IMG/VR virus record: IMGVR_UViG_3300044724_001447
Direction: 5' to 3' (one strand)
Source: an uncultured virus (IMG/VR IMGVR_UViG_3300044724_001447)
Taxonomy: Duplodnaviria > Heunggongvirae > Uroviricota > Caudoviricetes
Length of the DNA: 64,000 nucleotides
Within the stretch, counting starts at the first letter, position 1. Every line of letters begins with the position of its first letter. The position numbers were made by a program, and so were the translations under genes. Shown in pieces: positions 56,298-64,000 of the stretch. Under the pieces are notes generated by a model. It was not told the DNA's origin and did not search any database. It saw only the letters and a list, made by a program, of their open reading frames with translations.

Positions 56298-57626
56298 ATG
56301 GCAAATAAATTAAAAATAAATAGAACGGCTCCTGGTAGCTATTCCTCTACAGGAAATCCGTCTTCACTTGATTATGGTGAATTAGCTTTTAATAATGGTG
56401 GAGAAAAAATATTTATAGGAAAACAAACAAGTGCAAGTAACAATCCTATAGCTGGTACACATACTGATGTATTTCATTTAAGTACATTAAAAGATTTAAG
56501 TGGTGGAACTGGTATTACTTATCAAGTATCAAGTGGATTAGGAGATAATTCTGGTACAGTTTCTGTTACACCTGCTCAAACAGGTATAACTAGTATTCAT
56601 AATGCATCTTTAGAAATTGGTAATGCTGATAATGATAATATTATAGATTTTTCAACAGCAAATACTATTAGTTTTAAAATGAATAATGCGTCTCAAAAAG
56701 CAATAGAAATTACTGACACTGCTGTAACAATTTCTAAAGGTACTTCTAACATAGATTTTGACGTACAAGACACTTCAGGAGTTTCTGCTTTTAAAGTAGA
56801 CTCGGGAACTGGAGAAACTACAATAGCAAATACTTTAAATTTAGATGGAGACTTATTATTACCTACTGGAGATGTGTTGGCAGATGATATAGTAGCTAAT
56901 AGTTATCATTATAGAAGTTATAATTCTGGAACTGATACATATTCTGCTGGACCAGAAGCGTTTAGTATAGGAGCATCAGGTGGAGTAACCTTTAATGCAG
57001 CACTATCGCTTGACAATAATTTAACCGTAACGACTTCAACTGGAGCTATATTACGTTTAGATAGTAGCGATACAGTTATAACAGCAAATGACGTACTTGG
57101 TAGAATTAATTTTTCAGCACCAAGTGAAGCTAGTGGTACTGATGCAGTAGCATTGGGAGCTTCTATAGCAGCAGTAGCACAATCAGTTTTTGATATTTCT
57201 ACAAATAAAACTGATATTGTATTTTATACTGCAGAAAGTGGAGTAGCTGACGAGTCTATGAGAATTGGTTGGGATAAAAAAGTTACTATTAAAGGTGATT
57301 TACAAGTAGATGGTACTACTACAACAATAGATTCTACAGTAGTTACTATTGAAGACCCTATTTTTACTCTTGGTGGAGATGGAAGTGGTATTGACGATAG
57401 TAAAGATAGAGGTATTGAATTTAAATGGAATAATGGTACAAGCGCTAAAGTTGGATTTTTTGGATTTAATGAAGATAATCAAAAATTTACATATATTAGC
57501 GACGCAACAAACACTTCTGAAGTATTTAGCGGAACATTAGGTGATGTAGAGTTTGGTACATTAGTATTAAACAATTCTGCTGGTAATTTAGATGGTGCGC
57601 ATATTGATGGCGGAACATTTAGTTAA
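56298..57626 (+). CDS. Fibre protein, allele B (442 aa)
   Basis: Same length as allele A; 35 substitutions counted in the first ~220 aa, identical afterwards. Confidence 0.7.
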   Translation: MANKLKINRTAPGSYSSTGNPSSLDYGELAFNNGGEKIFIGKQTSASNNPIAGTHTDVFHLSTLKDLSGGTGITYQVSSGLGDNSGTVSVTPAQTGITSIHNASLEIGNADNDNIIDFSTANTISFKMNNASQKAIEITDTAVTISKGTSNIDFDVQDTSGVSAFKVDSGTGETTIANTLNLDGDLLLPTGDVLADDIVANSYHYRSYNSGTDTYSAGPEAFSIGASGGVTFNAALSLDNNLTVTTSTGAILRLDSSDTVITANDVLGRINFSAPSEASGTDAVALGASIAAVAQSVFDISTNKTDIVFYTAESGVADESMRIGWDKKVTIKGDLQVDGTTTTIDSTVVTIEDPIFTLGGDGSGIDDSKDRGIEFKWNNGTSAKVGFFGFNEDNQKFTYISDATNTSEVFSGTLGDVEFGTLVLNNSAGNLDGAHIDGGTFS

Positions 57627-57638
57627 GGAGTTATTTTA

Positions 57639-60600
57639 GTGGCTAATCGCATTAAAATCAGAAGAGGGTCTGGTACACCTACTACAAATAATACAGAAGC
57701 ATATGAGTTAGCATACGATTATAGTGCTGATATTCTATATATACACGATGGTGCTAGTAACACTATGGTTCCAGTTGGTACTGGTACAGTAGATACAAGC
57801 GGTACTCCAGTAGATAATGACTTTGCTAAGTTTACAGATGCTAATACTATAGAAGGTAGAAGTGCAGCAGAAGTAAAAAGTGATTTAGGATTAGGAACTG
57901 GTGCTGAATTAAACACTGCCGCAGTATCAGATGGTGCTACAACTTTAGCCACTGGTAATGCTATTTATGACCACGTGACATCTAGAATTAGTGGTTTTGT
58001 GGATAAAAGCGGTACTCCAATAGCTAGTGAATATGCACGATTTACAGATAGCAATACTATACAAGGTATAAGTGCTGCTGGTGTAAGAACTGACTTAGGT
58101 CTTGTTGTTGGTACTAATGTTCAAGCACAAAATGATTACTTACAAGATATTGCAGATTTAAGTACAGATAATGCTGCTCAAGATGGATATGTATTAGCTT
58201 ATAATAATGCTTATCCAAGATTTGAATTAGTAGAACAAAGTGGTGGTATATCTTTTAATGGCTCTACTGCTAATGGATTATTGACTTATGGTAATAGCAC
58301 CACAGCAGATGTAGAATCTGCTCTTACTTTTGATGGAAGTGCATTATCAGTTACTGGAACAGCAAATGTTACAAGCACACTTTCAACTGACTATGGTGTA
58401 AGATTTAATAATGGTAATACAGACTTTATGTTTTACAACAATACTGGTGATAATTTACTTTATTTAAGAGATTTAACTAATGCACAAATGTTGCAGACTT
58501 GGACTACAAGTTCAACTACTATACATAAAAATTTAAATGTAAGTGGAAATGTAAATGCTACTGGAGATATAAATGTATCTGATGATGTTATAATAAATGT
58601 AAATGCTAATTATATATATTCAAGAGATGCAAGTGGAACACTTACAAGAATGTTCGGTATGAACTCTGGCAATACTACTTATATAGGACCGATAGATAGT
58701 TATGCAGGTGGTAGTGTTATTTATGGTATTAGCTCAAATGTTTTAGCTCACTATTTTTACACAGATGGAGCTATCAGAATGAAATTAGATGGTCCTGTTT
58801 TAGATATACCTAATACTGGAGATTGGAGTTATATTAAAAATGGCACCACTTCAGGTGGATTAAGATTTGGTACAAACGATTCAAGTGGTACTTATGCTAA
58901 TCAAATAGAAATATCTAATACTGGTAATTATGTTAAGTTAAATGAAAATACTACAGTAACTGGAGATTTAACAACATCTGGCTCTGCAATATTTGCAGCA
59001 GCTCACTCTTACGATAAAATAAAATTATTTGGTAGTACTGGACATGAACAAATTGGTACTGAGGGTAGTACAATAGTATTAACTGCTTCTAATTTTAAAT
59101 TTAGAGATTACAGTAGTGGTGCTACAAGATTTTTTGTTAATTCTAGTGGTGCTATTACTACTGGTGTATGGCAAGGTACGGCTATAGCTAGTTCTTATAT
59201 TGCTGATAATGCTATAAATGCAGCTAAGCTAAATGTATCGGGTAATGGAAGTGACGGACAATTATTAAAATCAGACGGAGATGGAACATTTAGTTGGTTC
59301 TCATTAGTATCTAGTTCTAACGCTTCAACTTTAGACAATTTAGATTCAACTCAGTTTTTAAGAAGTGATACTGGAGATACGGCTGCTGGAAATATTACAT
59401 TTACTGGTAAATTGTTAGGAAACTCTGCTACAACATCTATATTAAACGGAGCTAGTGTTACAAATGTAAATGACGGATTTACTAACGATATAGGAACTGG
59501 AAAAGCAGAAGGACTACAACCGTTTAGATATAGTAATAACACTACAAATACTCCATTAGGTGGTGGTGGCTCAATGGCTAATAATGCTAATTGGGGATTA
59601 AGTTTATATTCACACGGAACTGGTGGTAGTGGTAATTACGGATTACAGATGTCTGGTGGAGATAATGATAATCAATTATTTTTTATAAGAAGAGTAACTA
59701 ATGGTAGTTTTGGTAATTGGTTTGAAATGTGGCATAGTGGTAATGACGGAAGTGGTAGTGGATTAGATGCTGATTTACTAGATGGATTACAGGGAAGTTC
59801 ATACTGGACTAAAAGTGGTAGTTGGGCAGGAGATTTAACAAGTAATGGTTGGTCAAGAGTTCAAGGTGTTAGTAATGGTGGTGGAGAATTTGTATTAGCA
59901 TTGAAAAATGGACAATTAAGTACATTAATAGATGGTAGTTACTTTGCTTACGAAGCTGGTACTAATACAGGTGGAGGATTTTGGAGTAGTTCAAATAGTA
60001 GTTATGGAGCAGCTACTGGTATTATTGCAAGTGGTGGCACATTGTATGTTAAACAAGCAGACGGAGGTAATGCAAGTTTATTTGTTACAGGAGATGCAAT
60101 AGTAAATTCAGGTTATATATCTGGACAAGGAAATGACTTACAACTAAGAAGAACTACTAATAGTGATGATAGAATTGTTATAGAAGCATCAGAAACAAAG
60201 ATTTATGGAGATGCGGTAGAAAGAGTAAGATTTGGTAGCTACGGTATTAGAAATGGATATGATGGAACTAATTCAGCTCCAGCTTATAGTTTTAAAGATG
60301 ATACAGATACTGGTATGCGTAGAAATGGTAGTGGTGTTATAGATTTTATAAACGATGGTATTCGTAGACTTAGAATAGAAGCAGACGGAGATTTAGTTTT
60401 AAGTAGTGATGGTAGCACTCAAGGTGCAAGTATTCATCGTATTGGTGGATTATACTTTACTTGGGATAGAGATAGTTACGGAACTAACCAACAACATGCT
60501 ATATTATGTAGTAGTGATGATTTAATTATAAATAGTTTTGATAATGTTACTATTAATCTTGATAGTAATGATAATGATACTGCTGAAGCGTTTCAAGTTA

Positions 60601-61370
60601 GAAGACACGGTATAGATTTAACGAGTGGAGAATTGTTATATTCTATTGACCAATCTGGTAATTCTTACACAATGGCTGCATCGCAAGTAGGAAATGGTTC
60701 TGTATCTGCTCCATCATTAAGTTTTTTTAATGATACAAATACTGGTTTTTATCGAAAAGCAGCAGACCAAATAGGTTTTGTTACTGCTGGAGAACAACAA
60801 ATGTATTTAGGAGATGGTTTATTACTTATAGAACAACCAGTAAGAATACAATTTGCTAATGACCAAAGGATATTTGATGATGGTGGTGGTGGATTAAAAG
60901 TAGGTGCAGAAGCTCACAAATTGCAGTTATTTGCAGGTTCTAGTACACAGGAAATAAGATTTTTATTTGGTGGTAGAAGTGGAACAGAAAAAATGAGATT
61001 TGAGGGTGATGGTGATGGACACTTTGATGGAGATGTGATTGCATTCTCTACTACACCATCAGATATAAGATTAAAAAAGAATTTTACAAAGATAAAAAAT
61101 GGATTAGAGGTAGTCAATAAATTAGAAGGACATACTTTTAATTGGAAAAAAGGTGGAGATAGATTAAGTGCAGGATTTAAAGCACAAGAAGTAGAAAAGA
61201 TTTTACCACATTTGGTTGATGAGAAGAAACTACCATTAAAAGCAGATGATGATAAAGAATACAAGATTTTACGATATGAGGAAATGATACCTTATTTAGT
61301 AGAAGCAATAAAAGAACAACAAGTTCAAATAGATGAACTTAAAACACAAATAGGAGAGCAAAATGGCTAA
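57639..61370 (+). CDS. Long tail fibre with S74 chaperone (copy 2)
   Basis: Identical translation to 8110-11841. Confidence 0.85.
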   Translation: MANRIKIRRGSGTPTTNNTEAYELAYDYSADILYIHDGASNTMVPVGTGTVDTSGTPVDNDFAKFTDANTIEGRSAAEVKSDLGLGTGAELNTAAVSDGATTLATGNAIYDHVTSRISGFVDKSGTPIASEYARFTDSNTIQGISAAGVRTDLGLVVGTNVQAQNDYLQDIADLSTDNAAQDGYVLAYNNAYPRFELVEQSGGISFNGSTANGLLTYGNSTTADVESALTFDGSALSVTGTANVTSTLSTDYGVRFNNGNTDFMFYNNTGDNLLYLRDLTNAQMLQTWTTSSTTIHKNLNVSGNVNATGDINVSDDVIINVNANYIYSRDASGTLTRMFGMNSGNTTYIGPIDSYAGGSVIYGISSNVLAHYFYTDGAIRMKLDGPVLDIPNTGDWSYIKNGTTSGGLRFGTNDSSGTYANQIEISNTGNYVKLNENTTVTGDLTTSGSAIFAAAHSYDKIKLFGSTGHEQIGTEGSTIVLTASNFKFRDYSSGATRFFVNSSGAITTGVWQGTAIASSYIADNAINAAKLNVSGNGSDGQLLKSDGDGTFSWFSLVSSSNASTLDNLDSTQFLRSDTGDTAAGNITFTGKLLGNSATTSILNGASVTNVNDGFTNDIGTGKAEGLQPFRYSNNTTNTPLGGGGSMANNANWGLSLYSHGTGGSGNYGLQMSGGDNDNQLFFIRRVTNGSFGNWFEMWHSGNDGSGSGLDADLLDGLQGSSYWTKSGSWAGDLTSNGWSRVQGVSNGGGEFVLALKNGQLSTLIDGSYFAYEAGTNTGGGFWSSSNSSYGAATGIIASGGTLYVKQADGGNASLFVTGDAIVNSGYISGQGNDLQLRRTTNSDDRIVIEASETKIYGDAVERVRFGSYGIRNGYDGTNSAPAYSFKDDTDTGMRRNGSGVIDFINDGIRRLRIEADGDLVLSSDGSTQGASIHRIGGLYFTWDRDSYGTNQQHAILCSSDDLIINSFDNVTINLDSNDNDTAEAFQVRRHGIDLTSGELLYSIDQSGNSYTMAASQVGNGSVSAPSLSFFNDTNTGFYRKAADQIGFVTAGEQQMYLGDGLLLIEQPVRIQFANDQRIFDDGGGGLKVGAEAHKLQLFAGSSTQEIRFLFGGRSGTEKMRFEGDGDGHFDGDVIAFSTTPSDIRLKKNFTKIKNGLEVVNKLEGHTFNWKKGGDRLSAGFKAQEVEKILPHLVDEKKLPLKADDDKEYKILRYEEMIPYLVEAIKEQQVQIDELKTQIGEQNG

Positions 61371-61614
61371 AGTAATAAGTGCAGTAGAAGCTGCAGTAGA
61401 ATCAGTTGAATCACTAAAAATGGTATCAATTAAACATACAAGAGTTATGAAAAATCCAAATGGTAACGATGTTACTGTTTTAGATTGGGAAGAAACTAAA
61501 GATGTTAATTCAGCTATTACAGACTGCGAAACAATGAAAGCTAATTTAGAAGCACAGCTTGTAGAGTGTGAAGCAGAATTAGCAGACTATATAGCGATAA
61601 GAGACGCTGAGTAA
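61363..61614 (+). CDS. Hypothetical protein (copy 2)
   Basis: Identical to 11834-12085. Confidence 0.6.
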   Translation: MAKVISAVEAAVESVESLKMVSIKHTRVMKNPNGNDVTVLDWEETKDVNSAITDCETMKANLEAQLVECEAELADYIAIRDAE

Positions 61615-61617
61615 TAA

Positions 61618-62235
61618 ATGGCACTACCTGCATCAGGGCAAATAAGTATTAATGATATATATACTGAAACAGGCAATGAAAATGAATTGAATGCTTCGTT
61701 AAAAGATATATCTGATGGTACGTTTGTAACTATAAATACTGTTAATCCAGCAGCAAATAGACCAGACCAGTCTGCTCCGCATGCAATGTCTGAGTTTTAT
61801 AGTTATGACCACGACTTAACTTCTTCTTCTTGGGGAGGTAGTTGGAGTGCTGGTACTCAAAACATTGGTTCTAATCCAGGTAGTACAACCTACTACAATA
61901 GAAGTATTACTTTCACAGGATTTACTTCTGATGTAATAGATGTGTATTACACATTAAATAGTGGAGTAGTTAGAGGTGGCTTGTCTGTAGCAACGTCTAC
62001 CTCAGCATTTCCAGATAATAGTGCTACATATAGAACTGTAAATAGTGGTACTGGTAGTTTTGGTACTGCTGTTAGTATTAATGGTAGTGGTACATTGTAT
62101 TGTAGATTTAAATATGTACAACATAGTTCATTACATGAAACAAGTAATAGAACAATTAAAATAGTAGCAGACGGAGAAACAACGCCAGGGTTTGCTCAAA
62201 TTAATTTTGATGATAGTGGCGGAGGATTTCCATAA
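61618..62235 (+). CDS. Fibre-tip adhesin-like protein (copy 2)
   Basis: Identical to 12089-12706. Confidence 0.5.
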   Translation: MALPASGQISINDIYTETGNENELNASLKDISDGTFVTINTVNPAANRPDQSAPHAMSEFYSYDHDLTSSSWGGSWSAGTQNIGSNPGSTTYYNRSITFTGFTSDVIDVYYTLNSGVVRGGLSVATSTSAFPDNSATYRTVNSGTGSFGTAVSINGSGTLYCRFKYVQHSSLHETSNRTIKIVADGETTPGFAQINFDDSGGGFP

Positions 62236-62303
62236 TTTTTTATGGAATATGTTGTTTTAACTTAATAAATTAAAGCACTATTAATAGTAATAAGGAGAAT
62301 AAA

Positions 62304-62477
62304 ATGGCTAAAGAACAAAATACAGCAAAAGAAGTAGTTCAAGAACCTCTTGATTTGCAAGAACAATTAAAGGTAATTGAAGCTCAAATTGCTGAGTTAC
62401 GTGGAACACATAACTATATAAATAGTCTTTTACAACAAGGCTTTACAGTTATTCCACCAGCTAAAGCTGAAAAGTAG
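62304..62477 (+). CDS. Hypothetical 57-aa protein (copy 2)
   Basis: Identical to 12775-12948. Confidence 0.7.
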   Translation: MAKEQNTAKEVVQEPLDLQEQLKVIEAQIAELRGTHNYINSLLQQGFTVIPPAKAEK

Positions 62478-62531
62478 AAAGGGAGGGGGAGAAATCCCCC
62501 TAACTTTAATTATAAATAATAGGGGAATAAA

Positions 62532-62828
62532 ATGGAAGTCGGTAAAGACACTAAATTTACACTATCTATAGAAACTGCAATCAGTATCATTGTAACTATT
62601 GGTATGATTATAGGTATGTGGTTTACTCTTCAAGCAGATATTGAAGAAGCTAAACTATTACCAGAACCAGAAGTATCACGTATGGAGTATGATTTAAAAG
62701 ACCAAATGATTCGTGAATCAATTTTGAATACTGAAGGTAAAGTAGATAAACTTGAAGAAAAGGTAGACGATATTAAAGAAGATACTAAGATGATTCAAGA
62801 AACCCTGATAAACATGAATAATAACTAA
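62532..62828 (+). CDS. Single-TM coiled-coil protein (copy 2)
   Basis: Identical to 13003-13299. Confidence 0.55.
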   Translation: MEVGKDTKFTLSIETAISIIVTIGMIIGMWFTLQADIEEAKLLPEPEVSRMEYDLKDQMIRESILNTEGKVDKLEEKVDDIKEDTKMIQETLINMNNN

Positions 62829-62840
62829 TGAGGTTTACAG

Positions 62841-63224
62841 ATGAACAACAAATTTATATCATACTTGGTATTAACTTTTTGCTCGTTGCTATCTTGGCTG
62901 CACTCACAATCAGTCAACTTAGATAGCTTTGAAGAAATACAAGCGCTAAATATACAAAAATGCGCAGTAGTGCAAGTTAATGCAGGATGGAATTATCAAA
63001 ATAGAGTGAAGGTAGAAAAACTATCAAACTTATGTTATATAGGCGAAATAGATTTAACTAATAAAACTGTAGGTGCGGTAATACAAAAAGAATGGAATAT
63101 TAAGGTTGTTCCTACTATTATTATTTTTAAAGAAGGAAAAGAAATTGAAAGATATGAACCTGGTATTAGTATGAGGTTTGACGAGAAAGAGGTATTTGAT
63201 AAGATTAAAAAGGAAATTCAATAG
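62841..63224 (+). CDS. Thioredoxin-fold protein lacking CxxC (copy 2)
   Basis: Identical to 13312-13695. Confidence 0.65.
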   Translation: MNNKFISYLVLTFCSLLSWLHSQSVNLDSFEEIQALNIQKCAVVQVNAGWNYQNRVKVEKLSNLCYIGEIDLTNKTVGAVIQKEWNIKVVPTIIIFKEGKEIERYEPGISMRFDEKEVFDKIKKEIQ

Positions 63225-63232
63225 GAGATAAT

Positions 63233-63385
63233 ATGAATATTGTAGTTAGTAAATTACTTACAAGCCTTTTAAGTGAAAAGATTCTGAAAGCTGTATTATT
63301 AAAACTTGGTGATTATTTTATTGCTAAGTCTGATAATAAACTAGACGATGAAATTTGGGCTGAAGTTAAAAAAGCATTGAAATAG
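63233..63385 (+). CDS. Hypothetical 50-aa protein (copy 2)
   Basis: Identical to 13704-13856. Confidence 0.7.
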   Translation: MNIVVSKLLTSLLSEKILKAVLLKLGDYFIAKSDNKLDDEIWAEVKKALK

Positions 63386-63426
63386 AGGGCATGATGAATT
63401 GTGAATGTGGATGTGGATGCTAGTCA

Positions 63427-64000
63427 ATGCCAAAAAAAGAGTATAAAATACTAGGGTTTCATGGTGGTATACATGATAACTCAGACTCAAAAGATATACG
63501 TGATATAGATTTACGTGAAGCTGATGGTGTATCTACACATAAAATAGGTAGACTAGTAGGATTAGGAAATAAAGGTAGTGCTATTACAAGTGGTGCTACC
63601 GCTGATGTAGAACCTGGATATGGATTACATTATTTTTCTGTAGACTATGACCATACTAATGCTAATAACCCAGATGATTACTTAGCTATATATGATAAAG
63701 CGAACACTAAAGTTCGTTTTTACTATAGAGATAAAGATGGTTCTAGTCCTAGTTTTTTATCTGATGAAGTAACGTTTGGTGGTGCTATAAAACCTAACTA
63801 TTATTATGGTGATGGTTTATTACGTATCGGAGATGCTTCTTTTAGTCAAGATAGTAAATGGTTTGGATATATAGACCAGTCATTATTTTGGACTGATGAT
63901 ACAGGAAATACTTCTAACTTACACGATATAACTAAATGGGATAGTGGAGACCAAGAGCTTAGTCCTATTACATTAGGTGAAATAAAACTTGTAGATATGT
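63427..64000 (+). CDS. Tail nozzle-like protein (copy 2, truncated by the window end)
   Basis: Identical to the start of 13898-15484. Confidence 0.55.
   Translation, partial: MPKKEYKILGFHGGIHDNSDSKDIRDIDLREADGVSTHKIGRLVGLGNKGSAITSGATADVEPGYGLHYFSVDYDHTNANNPDDYLAIYDKANTKVRFYYRDKDGSSPSFLSDEVTFGGAIKPNYYYGDGLLRIGDASFSQDSKWFGYIDQSLFWTDDTGNTSNLHDITKWDSGDQELSPITLGEIKLVDM

Larger units (their letters stand above)
56991..64000 (+). repeat. 7,010-bp direct repeat, copy 2 (runs off the window end)
   Basis: Matches 7462-14471. Confidence 0.95.

Noticed and set aside
7462..64000. Repeat as simple terminal redundancy or circular-contig overlap
   Set aside because: Insufficient alone: the DNA upstream of the two copies is not identical but is a pair of diverged paralogous modules
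1..64000. Stop-codon reassignment as in some crAss-like phages
   Set aside because: Long genes are intact in code 11, and TAA, TAG and TGA all end genes at sensible boundaries
1..64000. Prophage or host flanks
   Set aside because: No integrase, att-like junction or cellular housekeeping genes in the window

Overview
AT-rich tailed-phage DNA (podovirus-like, standard genetic code, no tRNAs, integrase or CRISPR seen). The + strand carries head module A (portal, scaffold, major capsid, adaptors; 72-6759), fibre and tail genes, and ejection proteins (to 30908). One ejection protein of 2775 aa has the RQP...DFDID signature of a crAss-type virion RNA polymerase. A - strand early block (30911-43018) encodes a RuvC-like resolvase, DnaB, a Dam-family methylase, DUF932, an SSB-like protein, a Sak3-like annealase and a Cas4-like nuclease, and its spacers fold into several structured RNAs. 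The + strand then resumes with terminase, lysis genes and a second, colinear but strongly diverged head module B (48593-56281). Modules A and B both run into the same downstream DNA: 7462-14471 is repeated, apparently exactly, at 56991-64000 (offset 49,529). The main result is two different complete capsid/portal/neck gene sets attached to one shared fibre/tail block. This is either a real dual-capsid genome or an assembly join of two co-occurring phages; the sequence alone cannot decide between these.
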